A stretch of DNA of 54,569 nucleotides, the filler included, from Catajapyx aquilonaris (lineage: Eukaryota): NCBI GenBank assembly GCA_000934665.2. It is 2 parts of 2 records of this genome, joined end to end, with 100 filler letters (N's around TTAATTAATTAA, not from the genome) between each part and the next. Parts side by side here need not be neighbours in the genome. Positions count along the whole stretch, not along the records: positions 1 to 27,208 come from JYFJ02005090.1; 1 more part is not named here. The stretch is one strand, 5' to 3'. Positions 1 to 12,246 of this stretch are shown one piece after another. Below the pieces are notes generated by a model. It worked only from the letters and a program-made list of their open reading frames with translations. It searched no databases and was not told the origin of the DNA. The position numbers were made by a program, and so were the translations under genes. Each line of letters starts with the position of its first letter. Position 1 is the first letter of the stretch.

Positions 1-14
1 TGATGATTACTTAC

Positions 15-635
15 ACCTTGTTAATTTACAGACGTAGAAAAGCTTATCATTGCAGTCTCGAGGGTACCACAACCTGTTGTGTCGAACTTCTCCGCATTGG
101 TATGTTTCACTTGCTGAAGATGAAGTCCTACCAGCCACCATATCATAATCTTTTTCGGTCCTATCGCTCCATTGCCAGCCATCACCCTCTTCCAAATTGT
201 GATACCCTATCCAAAGCTGCCAAAACATTTTACCTAAATGTGATTTAGAGGTATAATTTGCTGAAATTGTGGATTATACTAAGACTTATACCTGCAACAT
301 ATTTCTGCTCGTTGGTGTCGTGCAAACTAACCAGATCTGCTCTACTGTCCATGTCTTTACATTCTTGTCTTGCTTGTTGCCACGAGACACTCTTTTTCAA
401 TGTGTAGTAGCAGTAACCTTCGTACTTGTCCCAGTCTTTGGGGCAATATTGCTTCATTTCAGGCGAGGACTGTCGTTTTATCCGGGGATATTCAGGTGTC
501 GAGGTCACATTATAAGTGGGTAATGCACCTACTGCAAATATCATGTGCTATAAGACTTACAACTACAGTATAGACAACAAGCAATGTCGACTTACCTGAT
601 ATCCACAAGGTAATTAATATTCCTAAGAAGTTCAT
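15..635 (-). CDS. 5' part of a secreted C-type lectin domain gene (gene 1 of the cluster; continues beyond the left edge). Exons ~635-596, 531-292, 233-15
   Basis: Signal-like exon MNFLGILITLWIS with a gtaag donor, then ...YPRIKR (furin-type site), then CPKDWDKYEGYCYY...SWQQARQEC...ADLVSLH / KMFWQLWIG...WQWSD...C...C...YVC. GT-AG phase-1 introns. Confidence 0.85.
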
Positions 636-932
636 GATGAAGCTGAGTAAATATGGTGTGTAGCTCCATCAGTTGCATGCTGCAGACTAATGATATAAGT
701 TACGGGGGGGAAAAGGTCGCTGAAAACTCATATCAATAACACTGACCCGAACTCACAGCTCTTGGAAAGATCCTCCCAACATGATAGTGCACAATGTAAA
801 TTTATTCGCCCTTATTTATACAAGAGAGATAATGTTTTCGGGTAAAATTATAAGCATAAGTTGCATGCTGAAATATTTATAAATTAAACGAAATAAATGA
901 TGGGTTTTTTTTGGCATAATTCCAACTAACCA

Positions 933-945
933 GGGGAATTTCCCC
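933..945. promoter_or_regulatory. Candidate NF-kB/Rel binding site GGGGAATTTCCCC
   Basis: Matches GGGRNWYYCC and is palindromic about the central base. Lies ~300 bp upstream of the gene 1 ATG. Confidence 0.45.
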
Positions 946-1281
946 GGAGCATTTTATTTTGGCTAATTTCCAAACGGAAAAACCAAAATATCTAAAGGAG
1001 ATGAACCGTATCTGTCTGTTTATCTTAGTCTCCATGGCTGTAATTACGATGTCGCTTTAAACTATTTTTTTTGACTAAATTGTAGCCCCAGCAGAAATAA
1101 GTGCATGCCCGGCCATTTTAATCAAAGAAGAAAAAGATGCATAAAGTATTTTTTTATTATCAGATGCAAGGGCTCAAAAAAGATTTCTGCAAATTTTACA
1201 CTATTGTTATCCAATATTATTATGCAGACACACATAACCTTTGCCTGTAACGGATCTTGAAAATAATATACGCGGTATATG

Positions 1282-4200
1282 CTACTCTTCTTGGTTGGCT
1301 TCTGTCATGACGGCCACTATCCAATCCAGGTAGTCGACAACTCGAGTGAATATTGAGAACTCTCCTTTGGCGCAAGACCTGAAGTCATTAGCCAACATGT
1401 CGTAACTAAACACACCTTCCAGGTACCAACGTCGATCTGCTGCCAGAAACACTAGAGATCCTCCTTCGTTTGGACGACAGAAGTTGGAACCTTAAAAACA
1501 TATACAAGTTAATCAACTTTAAATCCAAGATTTTACACATTGAACATACCAGTTCGATATCCGGCACAAAAGGTCGTGTTGGTCACACCTTCAGAGAGTC
1601 CATAAAAATCTGCGCATTCTTCCTGAGTGGCTACAGGATACAGTTCCAGATACATGTCTGTGTGTATTTTCCTTTTTCGAAAACCCCAGCCTGAAACGAC
1701 TCCGACGTGTCCTGGAAACAACACCGAATACCGCTTGTCTCTTGGGAAACAAACGGGACGCACGTACGAATTAGTCTCGACCTTTTGCTTCAGTACCAGT
1801 ATGGCCAGGTTGTTCACACGTGTTATCGACTGGTATCCGTACTGACGATAGATTTTAGATACCTGTGGAAAAAAATATGTCATATTCATTACTTTTTTTT
1901 TTGAAACGTATATAACTATGCAGATTTTGTACAATGAATAACGTACGTCTCTGTACTGCACATGCTCATTTGGTTTTTGCAGATGTTGTGATGTTTCGCC
2001 CACCATTATTTTTAAGTGCCGGTCCTTTATCAAGGCCTCGTCGTACGAAGAGTTACCGACGCAATGGGCAGCTGTGAATATGAGTCGCATTGTGTCAAAA
2101 AAAAGAGGCTTCGAACAACCAAACTAATAGAGACGAATTTTTTTACAAGCGCAACCGAGTGCGCACCCACACCAGCGCAGCTCCATTGTTCTGACAACAG
2201 CGTAACTCGCCAGTGGCCACATTCACAGCCTCGGAAACGTCGCAAACGTCGGTCAGTTTGTTTCCACAAGTGTAGCGTTAGAAATAAGTGCTAGTAGGGC
2301 CTACACCCACCATCTATTCCCCCTATAATAATAGCCTTATTTTTTCGCCTCTGGAACGCTCCGGAAGGAGAACGGTCCCTGGTGAGTGCTGCCACCTTCT
2401 GATCGCGGCAGAAAGATGGAAGTCCCCCTGGTGAGTGCTGCCACCTTCTGATCACGGCACTAAATCATCAGGCGTTGCCAAATTTTGGCTACGGGTGCGC
2501 TAGTTATTGATAATTCCAACCGTGCACGCTGCGCAAACTGTAGTGCGCACTCGGTTCTGCTCGTATTTTAAAATTCATATAATAATTGTGTAGCTCTTTG
2601 TTCGAAACTTTTTTTTTTTGAGGTTTGATATAAGTAATACACAATCACTTTTCTTTTGTATTGTACCTGTAATGACCAACATGTCGCTTATGAGTGTTCC
2701 TCCGCATGTGTACTCCCACTCGTTATTCTCGTTCATTCGGTACACACCAGCATGCCATGGCCAGTGGCCTTGCTCTGCCTGTACATTTCTGTCAGATGCT
2801 CCTCTCAGCCATGAAGGCAAAATAACGCTCCTTCCACACACTGTGAAAATAATTGGTTCATTGTATTGAAAAAGTACTCACAATTATTTGCGATCGAGTA
2901 CTTACCAGGTAGACACGAGAGTGTCAGTTCCTCGGACCATGTTCCGTTTTCGGTGCATTGTATGACCTGCTGGTTCACAGCTCCTGTGGATTCGTAGTAT
3001 TCTGAGCATTGAAAGTGCATTGTTGTGCCTGCTGGAGAGTGTTCTCCGCACACTTCATCGTCGCCTTCTGTGTTGGTACAATGCACGTGTATTCCTCTCG
3101 TGCGGTACCGTACATGCGGACAGGTGTTCTCTCGAGGGAGATGGACTTCCACGTAGTTTCGTTCTTGTTTTTCTGTCAAACATAATTTTTGTCACATGGA
3201 AAAAATTCTTACATATTTTGAACGTACTTAGTGGAATTTCGCATATGAAGTGCGACTCTTCCTGGCAGTCTTGCTCCTTCCAAGTACCTAGAACTGCAAT
3301 TGCTCCACATGTTCCGTCAATTTCATGAGATTCGTCCCAATTTGAGTAAAGCAAAGGCTGGCCGCTGCTCCACTGCCATTTGCCTTCGACATTTTGAAGC
3401 CCTATCCATGCTTGGGTAACTAGCTTGCCTGCAATATTAAGCAATGTTAATTAACAGATCATAATATTAATTACAAAATGATTTCAGCTTTACTATGAAT
3501 GAAAGTGAGTTCAGCGTCTTGGTCTATTGATGGAAGGTCAGCTCGGCTGTCCATTTGTTTGCAGACTTCTCGAGCAGAGTTCCAACTGGCCTTGAATGTT
3601 GAGAAATAGTAGCATGAACTGTTCCTGTACTTCCAGTTCACCAGGCAAAGCTCTGACACTTCTGAAAACAATTATTTCAAAACCATATTTACGATAAATG
3701 CAGCAATTAGGTTGCAGCCCATATTAAGTATTCAATGATTGTGTCATACGCACATGATAGAAGATTTTGTATCAAAAGCAAAATCAGATTTTTTTTTTCA
3801 TAATCAAATTTTATTGAAAATATTACCTGCTCTGTACTTGCATGCGAAATGGTGCCGTTCTGAACAAGTAGCATTGATCACCTGATCATCCGTTTTACTG
3901 ACCAGCTGGCACTTATCATCTGAACTCATGACCCACATATTTTGTCGAAAATATTCTGGAAGTAATAAAGGATTCTTAGAATTGACCACATGTTATTTTA
4001 AGTGTAGTTTTTTAGTCACAATTATTTTAACTGTCGACGTACTTTCGAGGTTAGAATTTTCCTCTCTGTCGCCAATCATGGCCAAAACAGCATCATCATG
4101 AGTAAGTTTGCAAACATTTTCTGCTTCCTTCCATGTGGCTTGATAGTCTGACAGGTAGAAGCAAGAGTCTTCGTGGTACTGCCAGCCCTCAGGACACGGT

Positions 4201-7174
4201 CCTGTAAAAAAATATTAATATTTTAAATATCATGACTATCGAACATAATTTTAGGTTGAGTAGTAGGCTACATAATTAATGCCAGGGAGTATATACTAGG
4301 CTACATAAGAGGCGCAAACATTCGATTTCCGCGTCTCTCTGTTTGGGGCGTTTCCGAGGATGGCGGCCATCTTGAAGTGTGGGCAACGCCAACGAGGTAT
4401 AAATAGGGCACAGGCAAAAATAGGGTCCGCCATCTTTGATGGTTTTGGCGGCCATGGCAACTACACGGCAAGAACACGCACGAATCAAAGATGGCGGACC
4501 CTATTTTTGCCTGTGCCCTATTTATACCTCGTTGGCGTTCCCCACACTTCAAGATGGCCGCCAGCCTTGGCAACGGCCCCAAACAGAGCGACGCGGAAAT
4601 CAATGGCGCTGACCGAAGTTTGCGTCTCTTATGTAGTATATGCTCCCTGATTATGCAGACACCAAAATTATCTTGCCTGGCTTCAGTTGACAGACGTAGT
4701 TGAGCTCCATGTTGCAATATGTATTTTCCCAGCTACCAAAGTAAGTCAGCTGAGTGCATTGTCTCTTTTCCGTAGCAGATGGCTTGCCCTTCTTCCAGTT
4801 CGTGTAGTCCACATTGCTTCCATCGCTCCAGGTCCAGTTTTTATTTCCAGCCAAATTGCTCAGACCGATCCAATGTTTCCAATACATTTTGTCTTTTAAA
4901 ATATTTCAGTTGTATTCAGACTGTATATTCAGCAGAACATTCAGCTTACCTGTGAAATATTTCTGTTCTTCGTCAGTTGAAAGGCTGACGAGATGAGCTC
5001 TTCTGTCCATCGACTGACACTCTAGTTCAGCTTCACGCCAAGACGCCTTGTACTTTGACATGTGATAGCAAAAGTCTCCAAAAGAATTCCAGTCTGCAGG
5101 ACAGCTCTCGAAACCTATAACAGAAAATACTGGGTTATGATTATGATTATGATTTTAATTAAGGTGCTTGCCTGGATCTAATTTGCACGCGAATTTGAGT
5201 AGTCGCTGGCAATTTCGTGGTCTCCATCTTCCTGTAAGGAACAAGCTGGCACATTTTTCATCCTTTGAGTGAGGCTGGAGTCCAATCTTGTTGAACTCCA
5301 GAGGTGATGTACTGTCTGTCCAATTCCAGTGGTCGGTTTCCTGATCGTAGTTCAGGCCTAGCCACATCTCCCAATGCATTTGTTCTGATCAAAAAGAGGG
5401 CCAAAAAAAATATTATGTGCTCAAAATTGAACAGGGTGAAAATTAATATATACCTTTGAGAAAAGTGTCAAGTGACGAATCGTGCAAACTGATTAAGTCT
5501 GAGTACTCTTCTTTGGATTTGCAAGCTTCTCGAGCTCCACTCCATGTCGCTTTTTGTGGAGAGAAGTAGTAGCAAGTGTCTTCAAACAGTGTCCATCCTT
5601 CAGGGCAAGCATCTGAAAAAAATAATAATGTCAAAGCGAATGAAATGCGAAAAGAAATTGGTTCAAAATTTATACCTATCTGGGACATTTTGCAGGCGAA
5701 TTTAATTGCTTTCGAGCAATTAAGTCGGTTCCAAGTGCCTCTGTGTTCCAACATCGCACATCGGTAATCAACTTCGGGCCAATTATTATTATTATCTTCG
5801 GTCCAGCTGAGGAAGTTTGTGGGTGAAGAATCGCTCCATTCCCATTCATTTTTGTTGTGCAAGTTGCTCAAACCCAACCAAATATTCCATGACAATTTTC
5901 CTGCCAAATTAAAGTAAAACGTATATCAAAAAAATTGACAAACGTAGCAATTAGAACATAATTACCTGACAGGTAGTTATCTACACGTGGGCTATGCACA
6001 CTGGCCAAATCCGCGCCACTGATTAAATTCGCGCAAAATTCGCGAGCCAGATTCCAAGTAGTTTTTGATTCAGAAATGTGATAGCAATTTCCTAAGAACA
6101 ATTCAAAATTGTCTGGACACTCTTCTTCACCTTCTGTAAGAGAGAGTTTAATTTAATTAATTTTTGTTGTGGTAATCATTGAGTAGGCTATACTCACCTG
6201 TTGGTATTTGACACGCATACTGATATTCATTATCGCAATTTTGAGTTGTCCAATCACCAGACTGCATAAGTACAGCGCACTTATTACTATCAATTACATC
6301 TGTATGCCAGTTTCGATAATCAAGAATCGAATCATCGCTCCATGTCCATGACTCATTTGAATCCATCATTAATCCAATCCACACTCCTTGTTCCATCAAT
6401 TCTGCAATAATAATTTAAAAAAAACAATAATGAGAATAACCATAATCATAATCATAATTAGAGACTTGAAATCAGCTGCTGCTCTCTGGAATGATGAAGG
6501 CTGATTAGATCCGCATTCTTGTTCATCTGTTTGCATGTTTGTCTTGCTTCTTGCCAGGACGATTCGGTGTCCGATATGAAGTAGCACTGTCCATCATGCA
6601 TGTACCATGAATCGGGACAGAAAGGCTTCATTGTTGGCTGCTGAGGAGCTTCGGTGGTGGACAATATTAGGAGATGATCGCTCGTGCTTTCCACAGGTCC
6701 TGAATAAATATTTTTCATTCAGTGTTATAGATACAGCCCATGACACTTCCATCGCCTGAAGATCATGCGATTACCCTCTCTTGTACCGTACATGTTTTTT
6801 TTTCCTTTCTTACCGTGTGTTGTGGTGTCTCCAGAAAAGTTGGTTAGTTTGTGGAAGATGGATTTTTGATTAAGGAACAAATTGGAGGCCCGCTTACTCC
6901 GCCATCGTCGAGAAGCATGAAGATGGTGGCATGGCAACGCTGCTTCGTCCGATCCGTCCGGACAGTCCGCTTTACCATCGCAAACCTGTCCCATCTCAAT
7001 GCAGCCATTGTTCGCTTTGCAAGGGTAATCATCATGGCCACATTGTTGCGATAGCACCCCTAATAATTACATTTTTGTATACAGCGGGTTCACTTATTAC
7101 AAAATTATATAGCAATTATTACAAATTAACTTACCGCAAAGTGCTGTCCATAAACAGAATGTAACAAGACGCAT
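1282..7174 (-). CDS. Multi-exon secreted modular serine protease homolog, predicted inactive (gene 2): signal - LDLa - RSKR - 6 C-type lectin domains - 6-Cys Wonton/Sushi-like - protease domain
   Basis: Signal MRLVTFCLWTALC (ATG 7174). LDLa CGHDDYPC...CDGKADCPDGSDE. Six CTL exon pairs at ~6700-3230. CPHVRY...CSEYY...CTENGTWSEELTLSC. Protease motifs GHWPWHAG, CGGTLI, TAAHC, then NNLAIL in place of xDIAIL and CRPNEGG in place of CxGDSGG. Stop at 1282-1284. Confidence 0.88.
2095..2621. mobile_element. Degenerate MITE (family B) in a protease-domain intron of gene 2, with an internal ~34-bp direct repeat
   Basis: Inverted repeat aaccgagtgcgcac (2153-2166) / gtgcgcactcggtt (2543-2556) with imperfect outward extension. 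Internal sequence is similar to 8115-8562. ccctggtgagtgctgccaccttctgatc occurs twice in ~2378-2460. Confidence 0.6.
4283..4649. mobile_element. Palindromic MITE family A, copy 1 (intron of gene 2)
   Basis: CAGGGAG...CTCCCTG termini and ~150-bp inverted arms. Flanks attaatgc / attatgc form an imperfect TSD. Confidence 0.9.
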
Positions 7175-7692
7175 CGGTTTGGTTCAAAGTGTAACTTACT
7201 GTGAGTGATTGGAGATGGTTTTGGTGTAAATGTTACGATGATAGTGTGTGAGTTATTAGTAGTCAAGACCTCGACCACTCTTTTTTTTAAATGGTTCGAA
7301 AGGTCAGCATATCTTGCAACATGGATTTTATATCATTTCAAGTATTGAGATAACGAAATGAGCTTTTAAAAATTATGCATATCTTCATAACATGTAGTTA
7401 TGAGGAAATTCGACTATTTTTACGACTCATACTGTCATACCCAAAAAAATAGTTCAGGTTAAATACTATGCAGCCCATCACGTGAAGATTAGGAAAAATA
7501 GTTCGCAATAAATCACGCATTTACTGATAAAAATTATTATTCCAAGAACAGGGTACACAGGATAGTGGACATCATCCAATTTTTTATTCATTTTAATTTT
7601 CAAGATACAGACCTATTAGCTATAAAAGCAAGTCTTCCAAGATAACATTTTACATCAACGCAATTCAATTTCTCGGAAAGAGCAGATTGTGT

Positions 7693-10600
7693 TCAATAGT
7701 AGTCCTTATCTGCATCCGCCAATGAAGCTGCAATCCACTCCAGATATCTGTTGACCTTTGTGAAGACGCTGTACTCCTGTGTGTCACACGTGATCCCGTC
7801 TTCTATCACCAATCCGTAGCTGACCAGACCTTCCAAGTACCATCTGTTGTCAGACGCTGGGAACACCATCCCTCCACCACTGTCACCATTGCACACTCCA
7901 GTCCCTATATATATTCAAACACATGAAATGATAAGATATGTCCTTCTGTTTGTCCGGGGTGAGTCATAATTTCAGTTCAGCTAGCTCCAATTAGTACCAC
8001 TACCTCACGCAGAGTGGCAGTAATGTGCAAAGAGGGATGATGCGCCATCTATGACCGAAGTAAGGTACTAACGTAGACAGTGTTGCCAAGTTTGGCAAGG
8101 GCTTCACTATACAAATGAATTTTTTACCGAGCGCAACCTAATGCGCACCCGGACTTTTCGCCCCGCCCGTTTCGCCCCCGGACTTTTAGTCCCCGGCATA
8201 TTGGCCCCCGTGACAATTTCGCCCCCGTGACATATTCCACTTTGAAGCATTCGGCTGGGCATTTCTAGAGAAGTGACCTGGCCTTGCGTATAGCCTGCTG
8301 GCAACGCCGGGGGCAAAATTGTCACGGGGGCCAATATGCCGGGGGCTAAATGTCCGAGACCCCGCACCTACACTCGCGCTTTGGCGGAGCTTTGGAAACG
8401 TTGCAAACGTCGGCCATTTTGTTCTCTTCCAAGCGTAGCGTTGGAAATAAGTGCAGTTCTAATAAGGATATACCAATACATCCATACATCATTGTTAATG
8501 CCAACCGTGCATGCTGCGCGAACTGTGATGCGCAATCGGTTGATTTAGTAAAAAAAAATCATCTGAAGTTCTAAATAGTGTTTCTGACATACCGTTTCGA
8601 TACCCTGCGCAGTAGGTGAGTCCCTGCAGGCGACGTGGTATGCCGAATATTCTGTTGCACTCGTTGTCTTGAGCTACTGGATATGTTGCCATGTAAAGGT
8701 CGTTTGGAAGCTCGTTAGCTTCATTTACACCCCATCCGGCCACCTAATGAAACAGCAAAAAAAAATAATGAAAATGTCCATTGGCAGTTACCTGTGACAA
8801 TAACTTACGACTCCAACTTTCCCAGCGGACAAGAGCGAGTGTCGTCTTTCCTTCGGGTAGCAAATGGGTCGGACGTAATTAGTGATGGTGACAGGAGTCT
8901 TCAGAACTAGGATGGCAATGTCGTTTTCAATGGTTCCTGCATTGTATCCGTGATGTCTGTAAATTGCTTGAACCTGTACCGAGCAAAATTATTAAATCCT
9001 AAGTACAAAATTATGATCACCAAACGTATATACCTCACGAGATTGCACCAAGTTGTCATTTTCATCCAGACGTCGATAGTACTTTCCTAAGAACACCTTT
9101 AGACGTCTCTCCTGAAGAACAACGGCAGTGTTGCGATTGCGGACCACGCAATGAGCAGCTGTATTGTTGCGCAATTAGCTCACATATCTGATGTCGAAAT
9201 GTTGGCATTTATGTACCTGTAATGACGTATCTGTTGCCTAAGAGTGAACCTCCACAGTGGTACTGCCAGACATTCTTCTCGTCCTTTTTGTAGAGTCCAG
9301 CATGCCATGGCCACTGACCTCTGACTGCTTTCATTCCTCGATGCATCAGAGTCGTTGCTCTTGGTTTAAGCACACCAGACTTTCCACACACTACAGAGAA
9401 AAAAAGAGTGTCATAACTTCATCCGAAACATGTTTTTTTTGGAACATGCTGTACCTGATACACAGGATATGTCAAGATGAGCTGACCACACACCATTTTC
9501 CAAGCATGTGGCGTTCATTGTATCGACAAATGTTTCAGACTCGTATAATTCGGAGCATTGCAAATTAACTTGGGAGCCAGGAGGCATCCATTCGTTGCAA
9601 TTTATGGCGTCTCCTTCTGGACCGGTCAAGCACATCGATTCTGTGCCCTCCTTCTTCTCAATAGGAGGGCAAAGGTCATCACTTTGGAACGGGAATGATT
9701 CAGGAACAGAGTTGTCCGTTTGATCTGTGAGGAGAATATTTTATTTTGAACAATTGTGACGTCCCATTATATTTAGCTGGATGCTTAATTATTATTACCT
9801 AATGATATCTTGCACACAAAGTTGATCTGTTCAGAACACGGGAAATTGTTCCAGACTCCGTTATGAGATAGTTCAGTGCACATTTCTGAATCCAAATTGT
9901 TCGGTTCTCCTTCGTTCCAGTTCAGAAACGTGAGGCTGGAGCCATCACTCCATTTCCAGGATCTGGAATTGTTTTTGAGGCCTATCCATGCTCGAAGTGT
10001 CATTTTTTCTGTTGAATTTGAAAATTATTATATTAATTTTACAAGGAGGAAAGCTTATAGGGGGAAGATAGGTACTACATGTACCTGCAAATAATTGTTG
10101 TTCTTCCAGTGAATGTATGCTGAGCAGATCCGACGCCTTGTGTTTCTGGCTACATGCTTCCCTGGCCACGCTCCATGTGGCCTCGTAGTCTGACAGGTAG
10201 TAACAAATACCGGTCAAGAAAGTCCAACCTTCATCACACAAATCTGTAGAGAAAAATTTGGCAACAATTAACCTGCGAAATATTATGTACGATTGAATAG
10301 TATACCTCCAGGCATTTTGCATGCAAAATAGTGTTTTTCTGAGCAGGCTAGACTGCTCCATTTGACTGCATCGTTGTCGTCCGTTCCAGTATGGACCAAT
10401 GCTCCACAGGATTCGGGTCTGTCCTGTTCCTCAGGTTCGTTCAAATGCCAGTTGTAAAAAGTAGTTGGTGTCAAGTCACTCCATGTCCAATCTCCTGATG
10501 TTTCCTTTTCCAAACCAATCCAGACAGTTCCTCTCAGCAATTTACCTGTTTAAAAAAAAAAAGAAGTGAACTCTCAGTTATTAAAATTTGTACTGAAAAT

Positions 10601-12157
10601 GTGACTGATAGTCGTGTCAGGGAGCACATACTACATGAGAGACGCAAACTTCGGTCAGCGCCATTGATTTCCGCGTCGCTCTGTTTGGGGCCGTTGCCAA
10701 GGCTGGCGGCCATTTTGAAGTGGGGGCAACGCCAACGAGATATAAATAGGGTACAGGCAAAAATAGCGTCCGCCATCTTTGATGGTTTAAGGGGCAACAC
10801 GGCAAGAACACGCGCGAATCAAAGATGGCGGCCCCTATTTTTGCCTGCACCCTATTTATACCTCGTTGGCGTTTCCCCCACTTCAAAATGGCCGCCAGCC
10901 TTGGCAACGCCACAAACAGAGAGACGCGGAAATCGAATGTTTGCGCCTCTTATGTATAGTACATGCTCCCTGGTCGTGTACTGTACAATATTTCTATTAT
11001 TGCAAACTAACTTACGTGTGATGAATGAATTTTCTTGTGGCTTTCGGAAACTGACAAGATCCGCGTTTTTGTCGCTTTCTTTGCAAATTCTTCTGGCGTC
11101 ATCCCATCCTGCCTTGAATTCTGACAGATAGTAACAAGATCCCAAGAGATACTGCCATCCCAGAGGACACGGATCTGAATAAGTCGCATTATTATAGACG
11201 ACATGCTGCACACTTTAATATTCCTTACTTACCTGACACAACTTTGCACGCGAAATTTAGCTTAGTTTCGCACTTGATGTTGTTCCAGCTTCCGCTAAAA
11301 AGCAATTCAGCGCACTTGTCTTCTGATGACCTATGAGATGACCTTTCCTTCCAGCTGATAAAGTTCGTCGGAGTGTCATCGCTCCAGTCCCACTGACCTT
11401 TCCTCTCGATATCGTTCAGACCTATCCACATCCGCCAGAACATGTGGTCCGTTATATACCGAAGTTCCTGCTTGCTGTGGAGACACACCAGTTCAGACCT
11501 GGACTGAATCTCCTTGCACTTCTTCTTGGCAGTTTCCCAGGTCACTCTCTCCTCAGATATATGGTAGCAAAAGCCTTGTGACAAGCTCCAATCCTCAGGG
11601 CATTTTGGCGTCTCTAATATTTTAAAGCAAAAAATAATAATTTGTTTGATTGTTTATCCTGATGGCAACCTGAACTCACCTGGAGGGAATTTGCAGACGT
11701 ATTTGGCCTTTTTGAGGCAGTCTTGCGCCTGCCATTTTCCTGATTGCAACATGGCGGCACATGATTCTTCTTCACCGTGAGGTTCCACTTCCCATTGGCT
11801 TGTGTTCAATGGAGTTCCGTCTGTCCATACCCACATTTCCTTCTCAGTGTCGTGCTGAAGGCCTATCCAAACTTCCCAGTACATTGTACCTGCAGAGACA
11901 TACACAACAGTTAGGTACATGAATTATTATAATTGCAACAATATTACTTGACCTGTGAGGAATTCCTGCTCAGAAGATCTGTGTATGCTGACTAAGTCAG
12001 ACTTTTTGTCAATGGCTTTGCATGTCTCTCGAGAATCTTCCCATGACAGTTTACTGTCAGATATGTAGTAGCAAGCATCTTCATGGAACTTCCAACCCTC
12101 ATTGCACGGATCTGTAATTGAAAATAATTTCTCTCAATACTTCTGATTGGGGGGGTC

Positions 12158-12246
<89 letters not shown>

